Below are positions 1-13,864 of a DNA stretch of 64,000 nt, piece by piece. This stretch comes from Octopus vulgaris (taxonomy: Eukaryota): positions 39,246,001 through 39,310,000 of the forward strand of contig OX597826.1 of the NCBI GenBank assembly GCA_951406725.2, given 5' to 3'. Made by a program: the position numbers and the translations under genes. The notes beneath the pieces are model-generated. The model saw only the letters and a list, made by a program, of their open reading frames with translations. It did no database searches and had not been told where the DNA came from. The first letter of the stretch is position 1; each line of letters starts with the position of its first letter.

Positions 1-243
1 CTAAAAAGCCATAGAATAAGGTATCATGGATTCTGATTTCGATTTCTGGGTACCGCTTGAATTCTCCTCGGCATATATATAATGAATGAGGGAAACGGAG
101 GCCTAAACGGTGAAAGTGCTCTAATCAGCATTTTACGGTATGTGTGTGTGTGTTTGTGTGTGTGTCGATAATTATTTGGACTTTAGGTATATGTCTATAT
201 ACCTAAGTCCAAATAATTATTCACACACACACGCACACACACA

Positions 244-1085
244 TACCGTACATACTGGCGTACTGGACGGAATTTGGACTTTAAAGAGGTCATCCCCAAA
301 ACTAGGGGTCGTTTCTGATGGTTCATAGTAGCACCGATGTCAATGGAGAACGGTGCAAGCAATCAGCCCGTTCAACCTGGTCCCAGGCTCCGCTCTGTTT
401 ACACTGCCTCGTTAGAACGTTCTCTCACACAGCGCTCAGCCAGCCAAGGGATTTCAGGACAAGTGTAGTTTACGATAACTAACCTACCTATTACGGCAGA
501 TTACCAGCATGTACCGGTACCTTCTGTGACTGGCCAGTTCGTGTCAGTCAGACCAATGACAATAAACCTTACAGTTACCGTTTATTTTAAACAATTACAG
601 CCAGGGTTTCTTGAAAAGCTTCAAGTTGTCACTCTTTCATATGCAGCAGCACTCTCACTGAGTGAACATTAATTTCCAGCAACTGTGCTGCTGTGAGAGA
701 ATACAGTGTAACCGAAAAGATGGTAAGAATTTGGAGATTAAAGGAAGACATATTAAGGAGTATTATAGTAGGTAATTCGCAATATTTGGCCACTTTTTGG
801 AAAGAACTAGATAAATTTTAAACAACCATGACTGCAGAATTGTTGCATACAAATTTACTGATCGAAGCACAATGCTTTTGAAAAACAAGATAAACAGAGA
901 CTTCGAGGGTCGCTGGGGAAACTACAGCTCACCCGACCCCTTTAGCTGTGAACCTCGCGCCTTCTGCACTTCAGATATTTGCTTCGAAAACGTAGGGTAG
1001 TCTTATACAGTAAGTATAGCTCAAAACGCACTTTTTAAATGGGTCATCCTGTATAGAGTCGTATAATACTCCGGCATATGCGATA
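244..1085. mobile_element. Decayed non-autonomous TIR element (Tc1/mariner/pogo-type MITE)
   Basis: Left end TACCGTACATACTGGCGTAC and right end GTATAATACTCCGGCATATGCGATA form an imperfect inverted pair resembling TACCGTATATAC-type TIRs. No ORF. Confidence 0.4.
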
Positions 1086-1164
1086 TATATATACACATGC
1101 ACACACACACACACACACACACACGTGTGTGTGTGTGTATGTGTGCATTATATATATCTTTATG

Positions 1165-1535
1165 TATCGTTTATCGTTTACTTGTATCAGTCATTAGATG
1201 CGACCATGCTGGAGCACCGCCTTGAAGGGTTTAGTCCTCTTCAGTACTTATTTTTTTCCTACGCCTGGTACTTATTCTATTGGCTTCCTGCTGCCAAACC
1301 GCTGTGTTATGGAGGATGCAAACGAACCAACAACAGTTGTCAAGCAGTAATGGGGAATAAACAAAAAGACAGACAGATAGATATATAAATATCAGTTTTC
1401 GTCTACCCAATCCACTCATGTGGTTTGGTTGTCGGGTTGGGCTGTAGTACAGGACGCTTTTCCCACGTGCCAAACGGTAAGACTGATCATAGATCCATGT
1501 GGTTGCGAAGGAAACTTCTCACCAAACGGCCATAT
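1165..1535 (-). mobile_element. tRNA-derived SINE, family A (OR/CORE-like), diverged copy
   Basis: Reverse-complement match to the copies at 5711, 9724 and 44068 (CAGTCATT..GACCATGCTGGAGCACCGCC tail; CCATGTGGTTG head). Confidence 0.75.
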
Positions 1536-1540
1536 CTGCT

Positions 1541-1920
1541 CCTCTCTCTCACTCTCCTCTCTCTCACTCTCCTCTCTCTCTTTCTCTCCTCTCTCTCTTT
1601 CTCTCCTCTCTCTTTCTCTCCTCTCTTTCTCTCCTCTCTCCTTCTCTCCTCTCTCTCTTTCTCTCCCCTCTCTTTCTCTCCTCACTCTCCTTCTCTCCTC
1701 TCTCTCCTTCTCTCCTCTCTCCTCTCTCTTTCTCTCCTCTCTCTTTCTCTCCTCTCTCTCCTTCTCTCCTCTCTCTCTTTCTGTCCTCTCTCCTCTCTTT
1801 CTTTCCTCTCTCTCCTCTCTTTCTCTCTCTCATCTCTCTCTTCCTCTCCTCTCTCTCTTTCTCACCTATCTCTCGCATGTCTCTCTCTCTCTCTCATGTC
1901 TCCCTCCTCTCTCTCTCTTC
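1541..1920. repeat. ~380-bp polypyrimidine/polypurine compound (CT/CCT/CTT) tract
   Basis: Almost exclusively C/T on the + strand. Confidence 0.95.
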
Positions 1921-2321
1921 ACATACACGTCTGCACTCGTGCGCACGCGTATGCATATTCCTCCTGCTATTTTTTATGAACTAATTTGATGAATGTGTGT
2001 CGTAAAACAAACCATATTTCCTTCTGGCCGTTAGGCGTCAGTGTTTTGTGATCTCAATTAGTAAATAATGTGTTAGTTAACTTCTGACTAGATGTTTCCG
2101 ACAGCTCTTGGAAATTCAGAGTGAAATGAAAAATTGCCATATCCCAGCTGTCTCCCATGTTCTTCAGAGACACTAACATCATCATCATCATCATTGACAA
2201 CAACTGACAAGAACAGTTCGTTCATTTAATGTTCATTGAAGAAAATAAATTGGCTTTTTTTTATGAAACTATTTTCATTTAGTGAAAAATAAATCACTCA
2301 TACATCAACTTCACAAAACAG

Positions 2322-2342
2322 TGTATGTGTGTATGTTTGTGC

Positions 2343-2405
<63 letters not shown>

Positions 2406-2424
2406 TGTGTGTGTATGTGTGTGT
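2322..2424. repeat. (GT)n microsatellite
   Basis: Direct observation. Confidence 0.95.
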
Positions 2425-2579
2425 GGCAAGCTTAACCAGCTGCCTTCTTAGACACAATCAGCTGACATTTTGGGTAACTTTAGTGGATTTTGCACTGTTG
2501 CAAACATTCGGGCTAGATAGATGTTTGGTTTGAGGATATCACACTTCCCTCCCAATCTTCATTTAACAATAAAAAAATA

Positions 2580-2770
<191 letters not shown>

Positions 2771-3559
2771 CAAATGTAAAGCAATAATCATAAGAAAATT
2801 CCTTCTTCCCGATGGAAAACTAGAAAGAAGAAATAGCCATGTTAGTGGTAATAACAGCAAGAACAAGAATAACAGCAAGAGCAAGAATAACGGCAATAAG
2901 AACAAGGATAACCACAGCAACAGAAATCGTTAAAACTGCATAAAAAAAAAGACAGTCATTCGGCTGCATGTTACTGAAACAACCACAGTATCATCAATAA
3001 TGATAGCACCATCTCACAAAAACAACAGCAATAGTAGCATGACCAACAACAGCCGCAGCAGCAACAGTAGCAATCCATCGAGTGCGCTTCAAGGTTGTAA
3101 TTCAACTTACCAAAAATAGCAGCTAAATGTCACCAAGTCCCAAGAAAGGAAAGAATATTATTGTAGATAATGTTGTTTTAGAAACGTTTAATAAACGGGA
3201 TGGTCATGAATGGAATATAATTTCTCATGCATCCGCACAATCAGAATTAACCTGGGGTTAAGCAACAATAATAACATCAAATTTTCTCTGATTTTTCAGT
3301 TTTTTACGTGAATTAGAATTTTAGTTCTTAGAATTAGAATTTTAGCAATGGAAAAAGAAAGAGAAATATACGTAAAAATGTAAAATTGAGACGAAAATTA
3401 AAAGAGAAAAACTACGTGAAATATTTTGAAGTCTGAAAGGAAATAATTTCAAGTTGATATTTTTTAATTTTATTTTTGTAAGGCAGATATATATATTTCT
3501 TTATCATTTGTCGATGATGATCACAACTTTGAACGGGGTTGTAAATGTGTAATGGACCA

Positions 3560-3895
3560 AAGAATGGTGATTGTTCCCGCTTATACACCACCTGTCTGCA
3601 AATGGAAGCGAGTTGTGAGATTTCAACGTCGCAAGTTCCAACTGTCATAGCGAAAGATCCGACTTCCATTTTGTGATTCCAAGAAAAATACGCCAGTTTC
3701 GTCTAAAATCATAATTTGCGAACAACCTAGGTTTAAGTGGGAGACCTTGACTAGCATCATCCATTCTTCATAATCTCGAATTATCTGAATCCAGCAGCAA
3801 GACATAATAAAAACGGAGGAGAAATGAGCAGATGCAGAAGTTGCTAAAGGTTTAGCAGAGTTTGATAAGAAATCGTCTGCGAGACGGGGCACCAC
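3560..3895 (-). pseudogene. Possible highly decayed pogo/Tigger-like transposase relic
   Basis: ORF 3623..3895 contains 'SAKPLA...FIMSCCWIQIIR' (cf. CENP-B HTH KAK.LA...F.AS.GW) and 'QIMILDETGVFF' (cf. pogo QIFN.DETGLF). Spacing is compressed, so the match is weak. Confidence 0.3.
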
Positions 3896-3938
3896 TCCCT
3901 TATTTATATAAGAGTTGTTGTCTTACCCTTCTATCCAT

Positions 3939-4323
3939 GATGGAAGCACTCCGTCGGTTACGACGACGAGGATTCCGGTTGATCCGAATCAACGGAACAG
4001 CCTGCTCGTGAAATTAACGTGTAAGTGGCTGAGCACTCCACAGACACGTGTACCCTTAACGTAGTTCTCGGGGATATTCAGCGTGACACAAAGAGTGACA
4101 AGGCCGGCCCTTTGAAATACAGATACAAGAGAAACAGGAAGTAAGAGTGAGAGAAAGTTGTGGTGAAAGAGTACAGCAGGGATCACCACCATCCCCTGCC
4201 GGAGCCTTGTGGAGCTTTAGGTGTTTTCGCTCAATAAACACTCACAACGCCCGGTCTGGAAATCGAAACCGCGATCCTATGACCGCGAGACCGCTGCCCT
4301 AACAACTGGGCCATTGCGCCTCC
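3939..4323 (-). mobile_element. Full-length tRNA-derived SINE, family C, with 12-13-bp target-site duplication
   Basis: Minus-strand head GGAGGCGCAATGGCCCAGTTGTTAGG...GGTTTCGATTTCC (A/B boxes). TSD CCCTTCTATCCAT at 3926-3938 and 4323-4335. Confidence 0.9.
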
Positions 4324-5599
4324 CCTTCTATCCATAACCCTCACAAGTTAGTAAGACCATTTTACTCTTAATTGGAAATCTAGCAATGGCAGTCGTGTGG
4401 GGTCTGTATTCTATACGGATATCCTGACTAGAACTAAGGCTCTATTACTTCCATTTGTCTTACTGCACGTTCGGTAAGACAACGTGCAGTAAGACTGAAT
4501 GTTGTCTTACTGAATGCTTGTATGTCTCCGCTCAGGAATATTTGATAGTCCTGTCCTATATATGGCTGTATAGGTGTGCGCCGCATGTGTGTGTACAGTT
4601 AATTTTAACAAGTTTCTTCCATATGTTCTGACATTCAGTGCTGGATTTTATGTTGGAAAAAGTTTTTATCTCTATTAGACGTTGCGTGTGAAAACTTGGC
4701 ATTGATTCCATGTGGCGTCAAAATCCTAAGTTGCCAAAAATGATGAATGAATGCGGTAAACCAGCTGAGTGGGATCAGAAATGACGTAACCTTATTTTCA
4801 ACAAAAAGGAGCTCCATGGAAAATCTAAAATCTGAACTTTAACCAATATCAGCAATGAACTAAATTGCTTCTTTATATTTTTTTATTTTTGAAAACATCA
4901 AAATCCGTACAAATCTAAGTTAACAGTAAGAACTACTGAGGCTGATAGACTTTTTGGCTGCTAGTATATTTATAAATAAACTAAGTCTGAATGATAAAAC
5001 TAAACGTACATAAGACCGGAGACGTCGATAAAACAGTAGACGATTTTTGAAAGACTATTTTAAAACCGAAGCCAAAATTCTCTTTACGATTGAATTAGGA
5101 ATTAAATTTAAAAATAGTTAATACAAGTTACTCTAAGGTTTGCTTATTAATACAAAACAAAGCCATCAAGTTTTCCCCCTTTTTAATAATAATATTTATG
5201 TTATGAAAATAGAATAATCTCTCAAAGAGGCTAAATATTGTGAAGAAAGTTAAATTCCTTTGCCATATGAAATTCTTAGCTTTGTTGAAAATCGATTAAC
5301 AGTTAATAACCGGTTATGAAAACTCCAGATGATTATTACCCAGTTACACATTTCCGGTTAATTTTGAGCTTTCGTCATCAATCGATTATTTTTGTCTGTA
5401 ACCACCGTATGTTGGCTGTGTGTTTATTTAAGTCTTATACTATGCTATGAGTATTTATTCCCATCACTAAGTATCCTACTTTCTGGGGGTATTCTCTAGA
5501 GTGTAGATGTATTATCCTTTTATGTTTTCCTATCCAGTAGTGCAATGCATTATACATGTTGTAAGTGCATATTGATCACCTACTAAAAATACACGAACC

Positions 5600-8545
5600 A
5601 CACATTATATGTATTATATGCATGATATATTACCTAAAATGTATCATATGCATTATATATTACATAAAATGTATCATATGCATAATATATTACATAAGAT
5701 GTATTATATAGGCGCAGGAGTGGTTGTGTGGTAAGTAGCTTGTTTACCAGCCATATGGTTCCGGGTTCAGCCCCACTGCGTGGCACCTTGGGCAAGTGTT
5801 TTCTACTATAGCCTCGGGCCGACCAAAGCCTTGTGAGTGGATTTGGTAGACGGAAACTGAAAGAAGCCCGTCGTATATATGTATATATATATATGTATGT
5901 GTGTGTGTTTGTGTGTCTGTGTTTGTCCCCCTAGCATTGCTTGACAACCGATGCTGGTGTGTTTATATCCCCGTCACTTAGCGGTTCGGCAAAAAGAGAC
6001 CGATAGAATAAGTACTGGGCTTACAAAGAATAAGTCCCGGGGTCGAGTTGCTCGATTAAAGGCGGTGCTCCAGCATAGCCGCAGTCAAATGACTGAAACA
6101 GGTAAAAAGAGAGTAAAGAGATATGCATAATATATTACATAAAATGTATTTTATGCATAATATATTACGTAAAATGTATCATATGCATAATATATTACAT
6201 AAAAATGTATTTTATGCATAATATATTACGTAAAATGTATCATATGCATAATATATTACATAAAAATGTATTTTATGCATAATATATTACGTAAAATGTT
6301 ATATGCATAATATATTACATAAAATGTATCATATGCATAATATATTACGTAAAATGTTATATGCATAATATAGTACATAAAATGTATCATATGCATAATG
6401 TATTACGTAAAATGTATCATATGCATAATATATTACATATAATGTATTTTATGCATAATGCATTACGTAAAATGTATCATATGCATAATATATTACATAA
6501 AAATGTATTTTATGCATAATATATTACGTAAAATGTATCATATGCATAATATATTACATAAAAATGTATTTTATGCATAATGCATTACGTAAAATGTATA
6601 TATGCATAATATATTACATAAAAATGTATTTTATGCATAATATATTACGTAAAATGTATCATATGCATAATATATTACATAAAAATGTATTTTATGCATA
6701 ATATATTACGTAAAATGTATATATGCATAATATATTACATAAAAATGTATTTTATGCATAATGCATTACGTAAAATGTATCATATGCATAATATATTACA
6801 TAAAATGTATTTTATGCATAATATATTACGTAAAATGTATCATATGCATAATATATTACATAAAAATGTATTTTATGCATAATGCATTACGTAAAATGTT
6901 ATATGCATAATATATTACATAAAATGTATTTTATGCATAATATATTACGTAAAATGTATCATATGCATAATATATTACATAAAAATGTATTTTATGCATA
7001 ATGCATTACGTAAAATGTATCATATGCATAATATATTACATAAAATGTATTTTATGCATAATGCATTACGTAAAATGTATCATATGCATAATATATTACA
7101 TAAAATGTATTTTATGCATAATGCATTACGTAAAATGTATCATATGCATAATATATTACATAAAAATGTATTTTATGCATAATATATTACGTAAAATGTA
7201 TCATATGCATAATATATTACATAAAATGTATTTTATGCATAATGCATTACGTAAAATGTATCATATGCATAATATATTACATAAAATGTATTTTATGCAT
7301 AATATATTACGTAAAATGTATCATATGCATAATATATTACATAAAAATGTATTTTATGCATAATATATTACGTAAAATGTATATATGCATAATATATTAC
7401 ATAAAAATGTATTTTATGCATAATATATTACGTAAAATGTATCATATGCATAATATATTACATAAAAATGTATTTTATGCATAATATATTACGTAAAATG
7501 TATCATATGCATAATATATTACATAAAAATGTATTTTATGCATAATATATTACGTAAAATGTATATATGCATAATATATTACATAAAATGTATTTTATGC
7601 ATAATATATTACGTAAAATGTATCATATGCATAATATATTACATAAAAATGTATTTTATGCATAATGCATTACGTAAAATGTATCATATGCATAATATAT
7701 TACATAAAATGTATTTTATGCATAATATATTACGTAAAATGTATCATATGCATAATATATTACATAAAAATGTATTTTATGCATAATATATTACGTAAAA
7801 TGTATCATATGCATAATATATTACATAAAAATGTATTTTATGCATAATATATTACGTAAAATGTATCATATGCATAATATATTACATAAAAATGTATTTT
7901 ATGCATAATGCATTACGTAAAATGTATCATATGCATAATATATTACATAAAAATGTATTTTATGCATAATGCATTACGTAAAATGTATCATATGCATAAT
8001 ATATTACATAAAATGTATTTTATGCATAATATATTACGTAAAATGTATCATATGCATAATATATTACATAAAAATGTATTTTATGCATAATGCATTACGT
8101 AAAATGTATCATATGCATAATATATTACATAAAAATGTATTTTATGCATAATATATTACGTAAAATGTATCATATGCATAATATATTACATAAAAATGTA
8201 TTTTATGCATAATGCATTACGTAAAATGTATCATATGCATAATATATTACATAAAATGTATTTTATGCATAATATATTACGTAAAATGTATCATATGCAT
8301 AATATATTACATAAAATGTATTTTATGCATAATGCATTACGTAAAATGTTATATGCATAATATATTACATAAAATGTATTTTATGCATAATATATTACGT
8401 AAAAATGTATCATATGCATAATATATTACATAAAATGTATTTTATGCATAATGTATTACGTAAAATGTTATATGCATAATATATTACACAAAATATATTT
8501 TATGCATAATATATTACGTAAAATGTATTATATGCATAATATATC
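5600..8545. repeat. AT-rich minisatellite, ~30-bp monomer arranged as a 60-61-bp dimer, roughly 80 monomers
   Basis: Alternating ATGCATAATATATTACATAAAATGTATTTT and ATGCATAATATATTACGTAAAATGTATCAT units. Degenerate at both edges; interrupted by a SINE at 5711-6120. Confidence 0.97.
5711..6120 (+). mobile_element. Full-length SINE family A inserted in the minisatellite
   Basis: Head GGCGCAGGAGTGGTTGTGTGG...GGTTCAGCCCC, CORE-like CACCTTGGGCAAGT, internal (TA)/(TG) tract, tail ...GACTGAAACAGGTAAAAAGAG. Confidence 0.92.
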
Positions 8546-9248
8546 ACAAAAAATGAATTATATGAACCAAATGAATGTTGAATAGCAGAGTTTATAAAAA
8601 ATCTCGCGAAACAACTCCGAATTCGCTACACTAAACGATTAATACAAACGATGCCAAAAATATCCCTTATACAAAGACATTAGAAATAAAACCACAAATC
8701 AGGAGCATATAAACCCACAAAAGGCTAATAATGATTAATGACATTTTTACCACAGCTATGAACAAGAATTGCCCTGCTGAAATAGCAACAGAATAAGTGA
8801 AGTAGAGTAGAAGCCACAAGAAGCACCTGAAGACTCAGAGCATCACAGAGAACTAATTTTGCTGAGCTGCCGTACTCACAATTATTTAAGGAGTGTAATA
8901 AGATTGCTTTTGGATATAACTTTTGCAAGTTGTCCATCACTCCCACGGATATGGTGCAGCTTTTATCGAGCACTGACAATCTCTATGAAAGATAATCCCT
9001 CAAGAGGATGACGAAGCTATAAAAGGAAATACTGGACTGAAATAAAATGGAATAAAGTAAGAATGCGGTAATAATATGCCGATCAAACAGGCGTAGGCGT
9101 CCTCAGTAGGTGGTGTGTTCTTAAAAGATTTGTAATTTAAAAGGATTTCACCAGACGAAATCCTTGCGCGCATCTATACACATACACACATACCTATGTA
9201 CATACATTCAAACATACCCAGAAATATACACCTCCCTCTCTCTTATAT

Positions 9249-9297
<49 letters not shown>

Positions 9298-9723
9298 TAC
9301 ACACACACACTTGCACAGACACACACATATAACATATATTCACACTAAAATCAATGCTGCGACTGTTCCTCCATACACTAAAATTCATACGCATTAATCT
9401 ATGCACCAGCAATGGTTAAATATGCGCGAGTTACATATATTTGGAAACACCACAATCTATGATATTAACCATTGAATATAATGGCTAATCTTTTATTTTG
9501 ATTGAGTCTTGATTGAGTATCCATGCATACAACGCAACACACGCACACACATACAGAGAGAGAGAGACAAACACTGACACACACACACACACACACACAC
9601 CAACTCCATTCTTATTCATCTCTCTCTCTCTCTCTCTCTCTCACACATGCAACATACTCATGAAACATGCACATACAACAACAACAGGAACAGCTAAAGT
9701 ACGAGAACAAAAACCTATATATA

Positions 9724-9885
9724 GGCGTAGGAGTGGCTGTGTGGTAAGTAGCTTGCTTACGAACTACATGGTTCCGGGTTCAGTCCCACTGCGTGGCACC
9801 TTGGGCAAGTGTCTTCTACTATAGCCTCGGGCCGACCAAAGCCTTGTGAGTGGATTTGGTAGACGGAAACTAAAAGAAGCCCGTC

Positions 9886-9966
<81 letters not shown>

Positions 9967-10200
9967 GTATGTATGTATGTGTGTGTATATGTTTGTGTCT
10001 GTGCCCCCCCCCCCCAACATCGCTTGACAACCGATACTGGTGTGTTTACGTCCCCGTAACGTAGCGGTTCGGCAAAAAGAGGCCGATAAAATAAGTGCTA
10101 GGCTTACAAAAGAATAAGTCCTGGGGTCGATGTGCTCGACTAAAAGGCGGTGCTCCAGCATGGCCGCAGTCAAATGACTGAAACAAGTAAAAAATAAAAG
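9724..10200 (+). mobile_element. Full-length SINE family A with expanded internal (TA)n
   Basis: Collinear with the 5711 and 44068 copies. Confidence 0.92.
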
Positions 10201-11008
10201 AAAGAAAAATATACATTCGCATAAAAATATTCACTTCATGACCCTTCTATCCTTGAAATCACTCGTGTAGAACAACACACAAATACACGCTAACGCACAC
10301 ACCATACACTGCTTGTCTATTATAAGCAATGTGAGACAGCAAGAAACTAACACACATACTCCAGTTTGGCCGTCCTCCTGGACGCTTCAATGATTTCACG
10401 CAAGCACGCCATGCATCACAATCCCCCATTCATATTCTTAAGTTGTCAACATTTGCCATTCCACTGTCCAAATAGGTTAGACGTTTTCTTCCCCTGTTGA
10501 TTCTTCCTTCAATTGACTGACGCAATGAGCAGCAATTATCATACTCCAGCACAGGCACTTATACACATACACGTTCGTATGCGTACCCACTATATACACA
10601 CATCACACAGCTCCCTTGTTAAAGCACCAAACACACATAAATCCGTAAAAAAAATAGAGTCAAACAATCCAAAATATATTCAACGTTCAAAATAGCTAGA
10701 AACACACATATACATGTGCTCGTAGATGGGTACATATATGGGTAGATATTTACACATTCTACATCCAGTTGCTTCTTCTCGAGCTTCGTGTTTGAAACCC
10801 TGCTTTCTTCCACTTCCGGACATTTCTAATATGGCGTACGTGAAAAAATGTATAGATTTTCCTCCCTATTTTTTCTTTCCGATATTTTCTATCATCTTAT
10901 TCTTTATTTTTCTAATCTTTCTCAAAATTAAGGGACACGACCATCACGTTGAAACATTTCCTTTCTATATCTGAGCGTCACATTAATTTCTAAACTTACA
11001 TCAAATTT

Positions 11009-11401
11009 TATCTTTGCCGTTTTTCTAGCGGTGTCATATGAAATTGTCACCCATAATTATGACCCTAGAATCGATCTATTGCAATTCAATCTATTTTAGA
11101 TTTAGGGTTAGTTAGGGTATCTTTTTTTCTTCCCAAATGTAAATAAACCCAATGTGTTTCTTAAACGAGGGACATATTTATACGGTACAGAATGTTTTCA
11201 CCTCAATAGACGGTCATTGATTGGTTGAAATTGCCGAAATGCAAGAAATTAAAAACCAAATATGTTACAAACTATAGAATTTTTTTCAATAAAGCCAAGA
11301 GAAAAATATGTTTTATAAACACATTCTACCAGTATACGAAGTTTAAAATGTTTTAGTTACCTAGAAATTATGTTAAAAACTGCCGTTCAAAACGAAAAGA
11401 T

Positions 11402-11403
<2 letters not shown>
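11009..11403. mobile_element. Probable MITE
   Basis: Ends ATCTTTGCCGTTTTT and AAAAACTGCCGTTCAAAACGAAAAGATCC are partially inverted. Non-coding; abuts (TA)n. Confidence 0.45.
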
Positions 11404-11481
<78 letters not shown>

Positions 11482-12026
11482 ATATATATATATGTACGTA
11501 CGTGCATATGTGACTAGTTGATCTTTGTCTAAGCTTCTTCAACAGAAGAATATTGAGGGCTGTTTCACTATTGCAAATAAAACATGAGAACAATGACACG
11601 CATATACAGACATACGGTTAAGCATGAACACACATGTATATGCACACAAATATGCACACATGCGAGTCAACACCTCCCACATGCATACACACTTAATGCG
11701 TTCTAATCGCACGTGGAGTGGAATAACAACAATCGGTTGACAGCATTTTCCAGAATATTCTGCTGGAATATCGTGGCATCAGACATTTTTGCTCCTTGCT
11801 TTTGCCTTCAGTTTTGTTATGGTTTTTGTTGTTGTTTTTTTCAAGCTTTACTCGATCCCATCAATAAATGTTAATTATTAAGTCGATAATGCAATTAGTA
11901 CCAAATTAAAAGAAGAACAATTAATTTCTGTGTAGCACAACAAAATATTTTATTACGTTCTTTCTTCTTTTCCCGTCACCTAAATTTTATGCAATATTTC
12001 TTCTTTTATTCTATCGTCGCCGTCGT

Positions 12027-12027
<1 letters not shown>

Positions 12028-12084
<57 letters not shown>

Positions 12085-12127
12085 CCATCACCATCATCAC
12101 CATCACCATCATCACCATCACCATCAC

Positions 12128-12174
<47 letters not shown>

Positions 12175-12187
12175 CCCCCATCATCAT

Positions 12188-12226
<39 letters not shown>
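12028..12226. repeat. (TCA)n/(TCACCA)n microsatellite
   Basis: Direct observation. Confidence 0.95.
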
Positions 12227-12227
<1 letters not shown>

Positions 12228-13864
12228 GACATTTCCTCCTCTTCCTTCTCTCCCCCGCCTAATCCATTTCCTTACAGTTTATCAGCATTCTAGCCACCAT
12301 CACCACCACCACCACCACATCCAGCCCGCCATTATCACCACACGCTCATTCTTTCCATGAGCACCATTTTTCAGCCTTTCCCCTTCCTTGACCTCCTTTA
12401 TCCTCCCATTCCTCCCCTATCTACCTTGGCCAATGGAGTTATTCCTAACACAGTGTTCATTTACTAACAATTTTTTTTACAAAGTGACAAACTTAGAATA
12501 GTGTGAGAGAGTTGTACGGCGTGGGAGGAGGGTGATGGTTAAAGTAGTAGGAGGTGAGAGAATTGGAAAGAAAAGGACGTAAGCACTGTGTGGAGGAATG
12601 AAGAGAGAGGTATTGTGCTGGAAGGAATGGTCAGAATAATGGAATAATAAATTTCGCAGTTGAGAGATAAAATGAAAAGTTCGGTAAGCCGTGAGGTCTG
12701 CGATGTAAAAATGGTAAAGAGAATTGAAACAGAAAATGTAGTAATATACGTTGGTGTGGAAAGAAGGGTGAGAAGATGAGATTGGAACAGCTAAGAGATG
12801 TAATGTCTATAAGAACTAAAAATTCTAAAGAAAGCCATATCTAAACAAATACATATAACTACATCAACGTACATGTACACATACATACACAGTTACACAC
12901 ACGCACACACACACGCAAACACACACACACAAACACACACACACACACACACACACACGCATACACACACGCAAACACACACACACGCATACACAGAGGC
13001 GCATGTAAAAACGCTCATATTTGTTTTACTCTTTACTGATACATTTAATCACTACCCTCTATAGATTCTATTGCGCTGTTGTTGTAGGTAATAACTTTAT
13101 AATTCGTATTTATTTTCTCATTTTTTTCTAAGCGTAAACGCCATTGGTTATTTTTGAAAATATTAACTTTATGTCTGAATAGGGCTCCGGCTTGCAACCA
13201 AAACCAATCACGAGGTTATTGGCTTTTCCCTGTACCCTCAAACATCTCCCTTTTATTAACCCCTCCACTGAGTCTTAAGAGCCGTTTCAAAGAAAATTAA
13301 TTGCATAGAATCTATAAGATATCAATCAGTTACAATTAATACTAACAGAAGGAAGAAAAACAGAACATAGAGCATAACATAACATGGTACAATGCACTTT
13401 TTATTTTAGCCTTGTTCAACCCAGTTGCCGGAGCTTTCTACCATTTACAAAACATATTCCATTATAGATACTCCAGGATTTTAAACAAGAATAACAAAAT
13501 TATCTTAGACCACTACAGTTAAATCGCACTAACTCTAGTGCCTTCTAACCTAAAATTTCAGCTTCACTAAATACGCTAATGTATAGACGAATACCAATTA
13601 TAACCAAAGTAAGAATTGTAGCATTTTGTAGTCTAAAACATAGCTAAGTCCTATATTGGCAATAAGTGATTTTATAGTTTATGCTAGAAAGCAATTTTAT
13701 CCCTTCTATTTGTTAAGTGAAATTTTCTGAAGAAACATATCAAAAGGAAACAAAACCTCGAAGTCCTCGTTCCACTATAAACCCAGAACTTTACTAACAA
13801 AAATGTTTTACTTTTTATTCTAGTTCTACCTGCCACACCTCATTAGATACTGGAGATCTAATTA

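Noticed and set aside
1416-1989. Ser/Leu- and Arg/Glu-rich ORFs of up to 189 aa
   Set aside because: Stop-free translations of the CT tract in all frames.
3412-3915. TATA-driven small gene on the minus strand (TATATAAATAA then MEVGSFAM...)
   Set aside because: Upstream out-of-frame ATGs, an ORF trailing into low-complexity sequence, and no recognisable product. A transposase relic explains the region at least as well.
5711-5790. Functional tRNA genes at SINE heads (also 4250-4323, 9724, 38648, 44068)
   Set aside because: A/B boxes are present, but there is no complete cloverleaf and each continues into a repeated SINE body.
6121-8545. CRISPR-like array, or ORFs (MYFMHN.../MHYVKC...) in the 30-bp repeat
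   Set aside because: Units are contiguous with no unique spacers, there are no cas genes, and the context is eukaryotic. The ORFs are repeat translations that shift frame with A4/A5 variation.
11100-11120. Telomere-like TTAGGG
   Set aside because: Only two to three imperfect units inside a probable MITE.
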